Shown here piece by piece: positions 51,903 to 61,162 of a DNA stretch of 64,000 nucleotides (its first letter is position 1; each line of letters begins with the position of its first letter). The stretch comes from Pseudomonadota bacterium (GTDB lineage Bacteria > Pseudomonadota > Gammaproteobacteria > Steroidobacterales > Woeseiaceae), in NCBI GenBank assembly GCA_039030375.1, contig JBCCEH010000007.1:42607-106606 (forward strand), read 5' to 3'. Under the pieces are notes generated by a model that searched no databases, was not told the DNA's origin, and worked only from the letters and a program-made list of their open reading frames with translations. Both the position numbers and the translations under genes were made by a program.

Positions 51903-53111
51903 TTACCCCTTTAGGTCCTGAAGGCCGTAGATCGCGACGCTCGAAACATTGCGATTCGGCACGCCTCCCAGGTTTTGCGCCACCCCGATGGATGGCGAAT
52001 TCAACTGTCGGTCGTCTGCGCGTCCGAGCAGCTGCAAATACATTTCATAAGCCATACGCAGCCCACTCGCGCCGATTGGGTGACCGAAACATTTCAGCCC
52101 GCCATCAATCTGACACGGCACCGCGCCGTCGTGATCGTAACGACCGTCCAGAACATCGTCGATCGCCTGACCGTCTTTAGACAGGCCCAAGTCTTCCATC
52201 AACACCAGTTCGGTAATCGAAAAGCAATCGTGGACCTCAAGCATGTCAATTTGGTTCGCTGGATTGTCAATGCCGGCTTCTTGGTAGACGCGCTTCGCTG
52301 CGATTCGCGTCGTCAACGTATGGCCGCCATCCCAACCGTCATTGGTCAATTCGTAGCCGTTGCTCGGTGCCAATTGCAGCGCCTTGATGGAAACCACATC
52401 GTTACGACCCAGCTGCTTCGCAATCTCCGGCGTGCACACAATCGCGCACGCCGCGCCATCGCTCACCCCGCAGCAGTCCAATAAACCCAATGGATAGGCA
52501 ACCATCGGCGCATTCAACACATCGTCCTCGGATATTTCTCGGTGCAGATGTGCCTTTGGATTTTTCATCGCGTTGCGATGACTCTTGACCGAGATGTGCG
52601 CCATCGCGCGTTTCAAGTCACTCATATCGCGATTGTGTTTAGCCGCATACGCACTCGCTAGCTGCGCAAACGATCCCGGCGCCGTGCTATTGGGTAACCA
52701 CAGATCCTCAACAGATCCTTTGGTGCGCTCCGGCAACCCGCCGAAGCCGGTGTCTTTTAGTTTTTCCACGCCCATCGCCAAGGCGATGTCGCAAGCGCCA
52801 GCGGCGACCGCGTATACCGCGCCGCGAAGTGCCTCAGTGCCGGTGGCACACAAGTTCTCAACGCGGGTAACCGGGACGTTGGGCAAGCGCAACGCCTGGC
52901 TGAGTGGGATACCCGATTTGCCAGTACTTTGCTCCTGGAAGAACACGCCGAGCCAAGCGGCTTCGATCTGCTCCTTCTCAATACCAGCATCCGCGACTGC
53001 CTCGGTAAACGCCTCGTTCATGAGATCGTCAGGACCACTTTCCCAACGTTCACCAAACTGGCTGCACCCCATGCCGAGGATGACGACTTTGTCTTTGATC
53101 CCGCTAGCCAT
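51903..53111 (-). CDS. thiolase-like protein (SCP-x / lipid-transfer-protein type)
   Basis: Start trimmed to MASGIKDKVVILGMG (ATG overlaps the upstream stop, ATGGCTAG). Thiolase-fold C-terminal ..GHPIGASGLR.. Confidence 0.85.
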   Translation of the reverse strand: MASGIKDKVVILGMGCSQFGERWESGPDDLMNEAFTEAVADAGIEKEQIEAAWLGVFFQEQSTGKSGIPLSQALRLPNVPVTRVENLCATGTEALRGAVYAVAAGACDIALAMGVEKLKDTGFGGLPERTKGSVEDLWLPNSTAPGSFAQLASAYAAKHNRDMSDLKRAMAHISVKSHRNAMKNPKAHLHREISEDDVLNAPMVAYPLGLLDCCGVSDGAACAIVCTPEIAKQLGRNDVVSIKALQLAPSNGYELTNDGWDGGHTLTTRIAAKRVYQEAGIDNPANQIDMLEVHDCFSITELVLMEDLGLSKDGQAIDDVLDGRYDHDGAVPCQIDGGLKCFGHPIGASGLRMAYEMYLQLLGRADDRQLNSPSIGVAQNLGGVPNRNVSSVAIYGLQDLKG

Positions 53112-54516
53112 CCGCGCGTTCCCCGATCGGCGTCGGTTTCCAGAAGTAGCGTCGAAAACCCCGCCGGTCGTCGAAGTCCTTGATACGAAATTGCATACGC
53201 ACTTCATCGCCGACGGCGAGCTGCCCGGCTTCGATGTCGGTGAACTCCATCATGACGTTCGCACCATCGGTGAAACCCACGTTACCGAACACCAAGGGTG
53301 GTCGTGGTGTATACGCCAACCAATCCTCGGTATAGGAACGCACCGTGCCGGTCATATCAGCCAACCGATGCAATGACTGTGTGCCGGTGGCACCGCAACG
53401 TACGCACACTTCACTGGCCGGAAACTGCAGCGTGTTACACGCAGAACAACGGCCGCCTTTGAATCCGGTGACCGCTTGGTGCGAGCGCCAGGCTGCGGAC
53501 TGGGCGGTGCGATTGTCACGCTCAGCGCGAATACCTTCATCTTTGTTAAGCAGCCGCCGCATCGACAAATAGCGTGTGTAATTGTCTTCATTCGTAACCG
53601 GCAGGTCTGCGATCGGCGCCGGATCGGCTTGCAGCTCAAAGACACTGACGTCGACACCTTGGCCGATCGTAATCAACGCGATTGTGTCGCCCCGTTTCGC
53701 CTGGGATAGCGCATCCACCAGCATCAATAGCGCCTGCGCCGCGCCGCAGTATCCGACCGACTCGGCGAAGCCCAACCCACCGTTTTTACCACCAACCTGT
53801 TTTACAATCGCACGCTGCAAGGCGAGCGGGGCAGCAACGGCAAGGTGATCAACATCCTTGAGGCCGGCCTCGTCGAGCGCCAGTCGATACGTACCGAGCA
53901 CTTGATCTCGATAGCCCGCATCACGAGTCCAACGCGCTTCCAAAACATAGCTAAAGCGCTCGCCGGCCGCGCGATAGTGATCAACGAAATCCTGGTGCAA
54001 GCTGGCGCGCCCAGTCAAAGTTGCGATCGGTTCGCCGTCACCCACGACCACCGCTGCAGCACCGTGTCCGTGCGACACTTCATCGGCACTCGCCGGTTGT
54101 GTGTCGACACAGTCGCTGGCGATCACCAACTGCTTTCCTGCACGCTGCGCGCTCAATGCATCGTCAAGCGCAGTGCTGCCGGCACGCATACTGCCGCTAC
54201 TTTCACAGACGGTTGCCGAGTCCACAATATCCAGCGCCTCACGCACAACGCCGACATTTGAGCGGTCTGCAAACGGCAACGTTGTCGATGCCAGCACAAT
54301 GCGAGACACATCACTGACATCGACGGTACCCAGTCCGTCGCGTGCAGCTTCGACCGCCATGGTCAAGGCATCCTCATCCCAATGGGCAAAACTACGCGAC
54401 TGCTCGCGCGCAGCCTTCAATGCCGGTTGAAACCAGCCGAGTGCGTCGGCAACCACGCTGGCGGACAGTCGATAGCGCGGCACATAACGTCCAACGGCGA
54501 GAATCCCGAAACTCAT
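53104..54516 (-). CDS. fusion of an HMG-CoA-synthase-like/thiolase-fold domain with a C-terminal Zn-ribbon + OB-fold (DUF35) domain
   Basis: 470 aa. The N-terminal ~330 aa are condensing-enzyme-like. The C-terminal part has CSACNTLQFPASEVCVRCG followed by an OB-like segment. Confidence 0.7.
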   Translation of the reverse strand: MSFGILAVGRYVPRYRLSASVVADALGWFQPALKAAREQSRSFAHWDEDALTMAVEAARDGLGTVDVSDVSRIVLASTTLPFADRSNVGVVREALDIVDSATVCESSGSMRAGSTALDDALSAQRAGKQLVIASDCVDTQPASADEVSHGHGAAAVVVGDGEPIATLTGRASLHQDFVDHYRAAGERFSYVLEARWTRDAGYRDQVLGTYRLALDEAGLKDVDHLAVAAPLALQRAIVKQVGGKNGGLGFAESVGYCGAAQALLMLVDALSQAKRGDTIALITIGQGVDVSVFELQADPAPIADLPVTNEDNYTRYLSMRRLLNKDEGIRAERDNRTAQSAAWRSHQAVTGFKGGRCSACNTLQFPASEVCVRCGATGTQSLHRLADMTGTVRSYTEDWLAYTPRPPLVFGNVGFTDGANVMMEFTDIEAGQLAVGDEVRMQFRIKDFDDRRGFRRYFWKPTPIGERADG

Positions 54517-55727
54517 GCGCGATCCACAAAATTGTCTAGACGCGGCTCGACGCGCATCTCGGCGGGTATCGCATCGCTACCGATGCGGCGATCGAGTTCT
54601 TCGTGCCAATGATAAATGCGCCGTTCCTGATAGTTCAGGCTAATGCCTTGAAACCCGGGTGACTCGACCGACTCCTGAATTTGCGGCGCGAACTGCGTGT
54701 CTTCGTAAAGAATGCGCTCAAAATTATCGATGCGTGTTTGCCATAGCGGATCCTGCTCACCGTCTCCCCAATCCGGAGCGAACCAATGGCAATCGACTTG
54801 CATTGTGTTTGCCGTCTTCGGCCAGAACGTGAGAAACGGCATGCCGGTTGGCGCAACCGGTGTAACCAGATTGGGATACAGGTTGTAGGACAAGTTGTAT
54901 TTCGCCGGTAACTCGGTGCACGACGGGAACTCCGCCATTCCAACCGTGCCAGGATCGACCCAGTCGTCACGGCGATTCGGCGTCACCATCAAGGAGTGCC
55001 CGTTCGGCCACAGTGTGATGTCGGTGCCGCGGTGATCAAGAAAGCGGTCGACCGTGTCCTTGTGAATTGATTTTAGGTGGTACACCTCCAAGAAGGCATC
55101 GAGAATCACTTTGACGTTGCAATCGACGTCGTAGCTACGAGTATCGACATGCCGCGTGGTGTCGAGATCAAATTGTGCGAGCTGCTCGGGAATTACGCCA
55201 AGGTGTTGCAACAGCGGTTCGGCATGCGGATCCTCGTTAACGAAGACCCAGTTACCAAGACGCTCGCAACGGACATCGACTAACGCATGTTGGCTCTTGT
55301 CGAGATCGACAAAATCTCGATTGTCGCGGAGATTAACCAGCTTGCCGGTAAGGTCGTAAGTCCAGCCGTGATAACCACACACGAAGCCGCGCACCTTGCC
55401 GCAGGCGTCCTTGACCAACGGTCCGCCCCGATGACGACAGGTGTTATAGAAGGCGCGCACCTGATCGTCCTTACCGCGCACGATCAAAATCGGTGAACCG
55501 GTCTTCTTCCACAGAATGAAGTTGCCGGCATTGGGAATCTCGTCGACGTGACAGGCGTACAGCCACGACCGCTTCCACATCCGCGCATCTTCCAACGCGA
55601 GGAACTGAGGATCGGTATAGCGCCCGCCAGAGACCGGCGGGAACGACGGAAATTCTTCCGGCGGTCCTTTTCGTTCCCGTTGATATTCGACGTTGCGCTT
55701 AACGCGCTCGATGAATGCAGCGTCCAT
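54513..55727 (-). CDS. Rieske [2Fe-2S] oxygenase alpha subunit
   Basis: CRHRGGPL..CGYHGWTY. Start uncertain (ATG 55727 used; the ORF is open to 55787). Confidence 0.85.
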   Translation of the reverse strand: MDAAFIERVKRNVEYQRERKGPPEEFPSFPPVSGGRYTDPQFLALEDARMWKRSWLYACHVDEIPNAGNFILWKKTGSPILIVRGKDDQVRAFYNTCRHRGGPLVKDACGKVRGFVCGYHGWTYDLTGKLVNLRDNRDFVDLDKSQHALVDVRCERLGNWVFVNEDPHAEPLLQHLGVIPEQLAQFDLDTTRHVDTRSYDVDCNVKVILDAFLEVYHLKSIHKDTVDRFLDHRGTDITLWPNGHSLMVTPNRRDDWVDPGTVGMAEFPSCTELPAKYNLSYNLYPNLVTPVAPTGMPFLTFWPKTANTMQVDCHWFAPDWGDGEQDPLWQTRIDNFERILYEDTQFAPQIQESVESPGFQGISLNYQERRIYHWHEELDRRIGSDAIPAEMRVEPRLDNFVDRA

Positions 55728-55781
55728 CCAGCAGAGCCCCAATTTGACCCGATTCAGTATAGAAGCCCGCCTCAAAAAAAG

Positions 55782-55799
55782 AAACAAGCATGACTGTTT
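55782..55799. promoter_or_regulatory. operator-like inverted repeat AAACAAGCATGACTGTTT
   Basis: Upstream of the Rieske gene start. A-tract and T-tract flanks. Confidence 0.5.
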
Positions 55800-55837
55800 T
55801 TTTTGTACTCGGTCACGAATTCGTGAAGAATCCGAGC

Positions 55838-57025
55838 TTAGGTGGTGCCCTCGTCGCTAAGCCTTTGAATTTCTTGCTCAGAATAGCCGATTTCAGACAA
55901 GATTTCGGCGCTGTGCTCAGATGTCCGTGGTGGCCTACGTTCGATGCCACCGGGCGTCCGAGACAGGCGAATGGGCAGATCGGCAACCGGCGACGGAGCC
56001 GAATGCCCCGGATAGTCGACGTCTTTGAGCGATCCGAGCGCTTGAACTTGCGGGTGGGACAGAGCATCCGCCAGGCTTAACACCGGACCGCAGGGCACGC
56101 CGGCGTTGGCCAGGGCTTCGAGCACCGCGTCAGTCGATTGATCCGCAGCCCAACTCGCGACCTGCTCGCACAGATCATCCCGTCGATCGCCACGTTGTTG
56201 ATCGGTCTTCAACGACTCGTCGTCCAGCCAATCATCGGCACCGATCAACTGAGCCAGTCGGCGAAACAGGCCACCGCCGACGACATGTACCAACACATGC
56301 CCATCCTGCGTCGCAATTACGTCCGAAGGCGCCGAAGTCTGGACACGATTACCGCTCGGTTCTCGGCCACGACCAAGCGTGCCCTCTTCGACCAGATGCG
56401 AATTGAAGACGGCTAAAGCCGTTCCAAGTAACGAACCCTCAACGTGCTGCCCTTCTCCGGATCGCTCACGCTCAATGAGGGCTGCCAGCGCACCGAATGC
56501 CGCTAAAGTAGCGGTTGAATAATCAACGTACGGCGCCGCTGCTTTTGCAGGCGCACCGGGCACTCCGGTCATGAATGCTGCGCCGGACATAGCCTGACCG
56601 ACACCGTCAAAGCCGCCGCGCTTCGCCCACGGCCCTTGCGTACCAAAAGCGGATTGTGTGACCAGAATAATGCGCGGATTGATGGCACGAATGCGCTCGT
56701 AGTCCAAACCGATCGATTGCAGGAAGGGTGGCGGCAGATTGGCGATGACAATATCGGATCGCTCTACCAATCGATCTAGAATTTCGCGACTTTCCTCTGC
56801 TTTTAGGTTTAGGGTGAGACTGCGTTTGTTGCAGCCGGTCTGCATCATCACACTGCCGGCATCGTCATCCTCAGCCAGCGGTGCGATGAATCGATCTTCA
56901 CCGCCGCCGGGCCTCTCGATGCGAATTACATCGGCGCCCAGATAACCCAACAAAGTTGCGCAATACGGTCCTGCAACAAAGCGACCGAGGTCGAGCACGC
57001 GTACGCCTTTTAAGATCGCGGCCAT
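55838..57025 (-). CDS. family III CoA-transferase (CaiB/BaiF type)
   Basis: 395 aa. ..LKGVRVLDLGRFVAGPYCATLLGYLGADVI.. Confidence 0.9.
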   Translation of the reverse strand: MAAILKGVRVLDLGRFVAGPYCATLLGYLGADVIRIERPGGGEDRFIAPLAEDDDAGSVMMQTGCNKRSLTLNLKAEESREILDRLVERSDIVIANLPPPFLQSIGLDYERIRAINPRIILVTQSAFGTQGPWAKRGGFDGVGQAMSGAAFMTGVPGAPAKAAAPYVDYSTATLAAFGALAALIERERSGEGQHVEGSLLGTALAVFNSHLVEEGTLGRGREPSGNRVQTSAPSDVIATQDGHVLVHVVGGGLFRRLAQLIGADDWLDDESLKTDQQRGDRRDDLCEQVASWAADQSTDAVLEALANAGVPCGPVLSLADALSHPQVQALGSLKDVDYPGHSAPSPVADLPIRLSRTPGGIERRPPRTSEHSAEILSEIGYSEQEIQRLSDEGTT

Positions 57026-57029
57026 TGCA

Positions 57030-57048
57030 AAAAACAGTCAGGCTTGAT
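57030..57048. promoter_or_regulatory. operator-like inverted repeat AAACAGTCAGGCTTGATTT
   Basis: In the divergent CoA-transferase/ACAD intergenic region. Confidence 0.45.
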
Positions 57049-57111
57049 TTTTTTCGTTGGGCATGCGACGAGTATAGAGATTGAGGGCATCGACACAAGC
57101 GAAGCAGAACT

Positions 57112-58275
57112 ATGGATTTTCGTCTGAGCGAGGAGCAAACCGAACTTAAAGAGAGTGTGCGCCGCTACGCACAGGAAAAACTGATAGCGGAGGCCGAAGA
57201 GATCGAAGCGACCGGCAAACCGCCCAGCCGCGAACTCATTCGTGAATTCGCCGATATGGGTTACCTGGGAATCAATGTTCCGGAGTCTCTCGGCGGCGCC
57301 GGTCTTGGCAATCTTGAGGCATTGATTGTCGTCGAAGAGGTCTCGCGCATATCCGCAGCTGTCGCATTCCCTATTTTTGAATCTTGCGTGGGACCGGTAC
57401 GTGCTATTGAGCGCTTCGCCAGCGACGAATTGAGGCAGCGCGTGGTGCCCGAAGTGTGCCGCGGTGACACCGTCGTGGCGATCGCAATGTCGGAACCCAA
57501 TGCCGGTTCCGCGCTTACCGACTTATCCACGCGAGCGACAACCGATGGCGACGAGCTGGTGCTGAACGGCAGTAAACGTTGGTGCTCCGGCGGCGGCCAT
57601 GCCGATGGCTATGTCGTGTATTGCCGCATGTCCGACGATCCCGGTGCCAAAGGCATTGGCGCCGTGTATGTCGAGAAGGACACGCCGGGGTTGAGCTTCG
57701 GCGAGCAGGAAGAGCTGATGGGCTTTCGTGGTGTGCCGTCCTCGGACATCTTTTTCGATAACGTGCGTGTGCCGGTAACCAACCAGGTGGTACCGGCGGG
57801 CGGCTTCAAAAAACTGATGAGCGCATTCGATCTGGAACGCTGCGGCAACGCGACCATGGCATTGGCGCAGGCGAGCGGCGCACTGGCCGATGCCGTGCAG
57901 TATGTGCAGGAGCGCAAGCAGTTCGGCAAACCGATCATCGACTTTCAAGCGGTTCAACTGAAGCTCGCCGAGATGAAGATGCAGGTAGAAGCGTCACGGT
58001 TGTTGATTTATCGCGCCGCCTGCAATGCCGAACAAGGGATGCCATCGATGCTCGACTCATCGGTCGCTAAGTGTTTCGCCAACGAAATTGCTCGCACAGT
58101 CACTGGCAACGCCGTGCAGCTGCTTGGCGGCTACGGCTATTCGAAAGAGTATCCAATGGAACGCCGCATGCGTGACGGCTGGGGTTGGGGAATTGCCGGC
58201 GGCTCAATCGATATCCAGAAAATTAATATCGCATCGGCGCTGGTCGGCCGGCGATTCAATCAACGCGGCGATTAG
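57112..58275 (+). CDS. acyl-CoA dehydrogenase
   Basis: 387 aa. ..AMSEPNAGSALTDL.. and C-terminal ..GGYGYSKEYPMERRMRD.. Confidence 0.9.
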   Translation: MDFRLSEEQTELKESVRRYAQEKLIAEAEEIEATGKPPSRELIREFADMGYLGINVPESLGGAGLGNLEALIVVEEVSRISAAVAFPIFESCVGPVRAIERFASDELRQRVVPEVCRGDTVVAIAMSEPNAGSALTDLSTRATTDGDELVLNGSKRWCSGGGHADGYVVYCRMSDDPGAKGIGAVYVEKDTPGLSFGEQEELMGFRGVPSSDIFFDNVRVPVTNQVVPAGGFKKLMSAFDLERCGNATMALAQASGALADAVQYVQERKQFGKPIIDFQAVQLKLAEMKMQVEASRLLIYRAACNAEQGMPSMLDSSVAKCFANEIARTVTGNAVQLLGGYGYSKEYPMERRMRDGWGWGIAGGSIDIQKINIASALVGRRFNQRGD

Positions 58276-58277
58276 TC

Positions 58278-58790
58278 ATGTCGCAGCTCGGTACCATCAT
58301 GCAAAACGGCTTTGTGGTGCACGATTGGCGCGAGGCCGCTATGCATTGGGCGACACATCTTGGCGTCGGGCCGTTCTTTGTGTTGCCGCACGTCCAGTTT
58401 GACGAATGTCGCTACCGCGGCAATCCGGCGGAAATCGACATGACCGTTGCAATCGCCTACAGCGGTGAATATCAAATCGAATTGGTTCAACAACATAACA
58501 ATACGCCGTCAATCTACACCGATTTTTTGGCCAATAACGAACCGGGGCTCCAACATGTGGGCACTCTCGTGGACGATTTGGATACCACACTGGATTCCCA
58601 TCAATGGCGGAGCAAAATCCTGCAAGATGGTACTACCGCTGCCGGCCAACGCTTTGCGTATGTAGACACGGTGCAGCACAACGGCACGATGCTGGAACTC
58701 ATTGAAGCCGACGATGCGATGAAAAAGTCATTCGCCTATATGCGCGATGCGGCGGCGAACTGGGACGGTAGCGACCCGATCCGCGGCTAA
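58278..58790 (+). CDS. VOC (glyoxalase/bleomycin-resistance/dioxygenase) family protein
   Basis: 170 aa. Size and ..GLQHVG.. element are typical of VOC folds. Confidence 0.7.
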   Translation: MSQLGTIMQNGFVVHDWREAAMHWATHLGVGPFFVLPHVQFDECRYRGNPAEIDMTVAIAYSGEYQIELVQQHNNTPSIYTDFLANNEPGLQHVGTLVDDLDTTLDSHQWRSKILQDGTTAAGQRFAYVDTVQHNGTMLELIEADDAMKKSFAYMRDAAANWDGSDPIRG

Positions 58791-59119
58791 GCCTCCAGCT
58801 TGACGAAAACCCGATCGTCAACGATTTCGACCGGAAACGATCGAATACCATGCGCAGCGGGCGGTCCCATGGTGGCCCCGGTACGAATGTCGAAGCATGC
58901 GCCATGTAGCGGACACATCAATCGGTAGCCGCGTAGACGCCCGCCATCAAATCGAGCGAAAGCGTGCGAACACAGGTTCTCCACCGCGTGCACACCGCCG
59001 TCGTACCGAGCAAGAACGATCTGCACGTCGTCCGCCGCTTTGACCACAAAGCCTTTATCGGGAAGCTCATCGACCGCAGCGATATCCGTAAAACCGTCTA
59101 AGCTCAAGCGTCCAACCAC
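58787..59119 (-). CDS. Rieske-type [2Fe-2S] ferredoxin component
   Basis: 110 aa. CSHAF..CPLHGACF. Confidence 0.85.
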   Translation of the reverse strand: MVGRLSLDGFTDIAAVDELPDKGFVVKAADDVQIVLARYDGGVHAVENLCSHAFARFDGGRLRGYRLMCPLHGACFDIRTGATMGPPAAHGIRSFPVEIVDDRVFVKLEA

Positions 59120-59132
59120 CTATCCGACATAA

Positions 59133-59150
59133 AAAACAGTCATGCTTGTT
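59133..59150. promoter_or_regulatory. operator-like inverted repeat AAACAGTCATGCTTGTTT
   Basis: In the divergent Rieske-ferredoxin/ABM intergenic region. Confidence 0.5.
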
Positions 59151-59200
59151 TATTTTCTCGGCGCGATGCTACCATGCCGAATCACCTGGAGGGATAGGCC

Positions 59201-59491
59201 ATGATGACATTTTTGGCAAAGATGACCGTCAAAGAAGGTCGCGAAGACGATTTTGTAAGGCTGGCCAAAGCGTTAACCGAAAAAGTACGAGCCAACGAAC
59301 CGGACACATTGGCGTACTCGTTTTTCAAGTTGCGAGACCAAGAACGAGGCTACGCCGTTTACGAGCAGTTTGCTTCAGAGGAAGCCGAAGAGGCGCACCA
59401 AAACACAGCGTATTTTAATGAGATCGCTCCCGATCTTATTGAGTGTCTGGATGGAACCTACGTGCGCACCTATCTCGACGATCTCGACTAG
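59201..59491 (+). CDS. antibiotic-biosynthesis-monooxygenase (ABM) domain protein
   Basis: 96 aa, ferredoxin-like ABM pattern (..YEQFASEEAEEAHQNT..). Confidence 0.7.
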   Translation: MMTFLAKMTVKEGREDDFVRLAKALTEKVRANEPDTLAYSFFKLRDQERGYAVYEQFASEEAEEAHQNTAYFNEIAPDLIECLDGTYVRTYLDDLD

Positions 59492-59502
59492 GTAAGACCG
59501 AT

Positions 59503-61152
59503 ATGAGTGACGATCTCGCGAGCGTCCGCGTTCACGCAACCACCCTGGGCGACCTGCTACTCACAGCCGCCGATAGCAACGCCGATACCGATGTCGTGGT
59601 GCTGCCCGATAAACGCGTGACGTATGCGGAGTTGGTCGAGCGCGCAATGCATCGTGCGAGAAGTCTTCGCGCGCTGGGCGTGGGGCCGGGCGATCACGTC
59701 GGACTGTTACTGCCGACCAGTATGGATTTTGTCGAAAGCATGTTCGCCATTTCCATGCTCGGTGCCGTTACGGTACCAATTAACGCACGTTATCAGCCGC
59801 CGGAAATCGCCTACGTCGCCGAGAACGCTGATCTGGTTGCAATACTGACCACCGACGAGTTTGATGACGCCGTCAATTTTGTCGAACGATTGCACAGCGC
59901 GCTGCCGGAACTCAAAACGGCGGACGCCAACGCATTGTCGCTTACCGCAGCACCGCGTCTGAAGAATGTGATCATATTCGGCGAAACCGAAGCAGCCGGC
60001 TTGATGTCCCAAGCCGATTTCGAATCGCGAGCGGCCGAAATCGATGAGGCCGAAGTCCACTTGCGCCGCGTGCAAACTCGCGTCGGCAGTATTGCACTAA
60101 TCCTGTACACGTCCGGTACTACCGCAAATCCGAAAGGCTGCATGATCAGCCACGAGGCAATGGTGCGCAGTAGTATGGCATTGGCGGATCGTTACGAACT
60201 CACCGCCACGGATAGCTTCTGGTCACCGCTTCCGATGTTTCACATCGCGGCAATTTTGCCGTTGGCCGCATCCATGTCACGTGGCGGCACCTATATCACC
60301 ACACCTCATTTTGATGCCGGCGAGGCTCTGGCAACGCTCGAAAAAGAAAAAGTCACCTGCACCTACCCGTGTTTCTGGACGATTATGGGCGACTTAATCA
60401 ATCACCCGGATTTCGCCACGACGGATCTCAGTCGCGTTCGACTGATGAATGCCAATTTTGCAGTGCAGCCAGCGGTGGTCGGCGAGACCATGGAAGCGGC
60501 TATGCCAGACACCGTGTATGTCGGAACGTTTGGTATGACCGAAACGGCCGGCACGGTGGCCACGAGCCGCCTGGATGATTCGCGCGAGCAGCGTTTCAAT
60601 CGCCTCGGTGTGCCGCTCGCGGGATTAGAACTCAAAGTTGTCGACGAAGACGGCAACGAGCAGCCTACCGGTGAACGCGGCGAAGCATTGATTCGCGGCT
60701 TTAGCTTGTTTACTGAATACTATAAGTCGCCCGAAAAAACCGCCGAAGCGTTGGATGCAGACGGCTGGTTTCATTCCGGCGATCTGTGCTCAATCCGCGA
60801 GGATGGTCAGATCATGTTTCACGGCCGGCTCAAAGATATGCTCAAAGTGGGCGGCGAGAATGTTGCGGCGATTGAGATCGAAACCTGTCTACAACAACAC
60901 GATGCGGTGAAATTTGCTCAGGTCGTCGGTGTGCCGGATCCTCGACTACAGGAAGTCCCGGCCGCCTTTGTCGAATTTAATGACGATACGAGTGCGACCG
61001 AAGAAGAGCTGATGGCGTTCTGCAAAGGCAAGATTTCCAACTTCAAGGTGCCACGCTACGTTCGCGTTGTGACCGAATGGCCGCAATCGTCAACCAAGAT
61101 TCAAAAATTCAAACTGCAGGAAACTATCGTCGCCGAACTCGGCTTGGGTTAA
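59503..61152 (+). CDS. AMP-dependent acyl-CoA synthetase/ligase
   Basis: Start trimmed to MSDDLASV. AMP-binding motif LYTSGTTANPKG and ..GWFHSGD.. Confidence 0.9.
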   Translation: MSDDLASVRVHATTLGDLLLTAADSNADTDVVVLPDKRVTYAELVERAMHRARSLRALGVGPGDHVGLLLPTSMDFVESMFAISMLGAVTVPINARYQPPEIAYVAENADLVAILTTDEFDDAVNFVERLHSALPELKTADANALSLTAAPRLKNVIIFGETEAAGLMSQADFESRAAEIDEAEVHLRRVQTRVGSIALILYTSGTTANPKGCMISHEAMVRSSMALADRYELTATDSFWSPLPMFHIAAILPLAASMSRGGTYITTPHFDAGEALATLEKEKVTCTYPCFWTIMGDLINHPDFATTDLSRVRLMNANFAVQPAVVGETMEAAMPDTVYVGTFGMTETAGTVATSRLDDSREQRFNRLGVPLAGLELKVVDEDGNEQPTGERGEALIRGFSLFTEYYKSPEKTAEALDADGWFHSGDLCSIREDGQIMFHGRLKDMLKVGGENVAAIEIETCLQQHDAVKFAQVVGVPDPRLQEVPAAFVEFNDDTSATEEELMAFCKGKISNFKVPRYVRVVTEWPQSSTKIQKFKLQETIVAELGLG

Positions 61153-61162
61153 GGAGCTAACT

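Noticed and set aside
37761-59502. Long N-terminal extensions in the ORF track (39636-39704, 40783-40869, 44067-44099, 53112-53207, 55728-55787, 59443-59502).
   Set aside because: Each extension overlaps the upstream gene or lacks an SD. Internal starts give classic ATGA or near-overlap coupling and native-looking N-termini (lipobox, lipoyl domain, thiolase MG motif).
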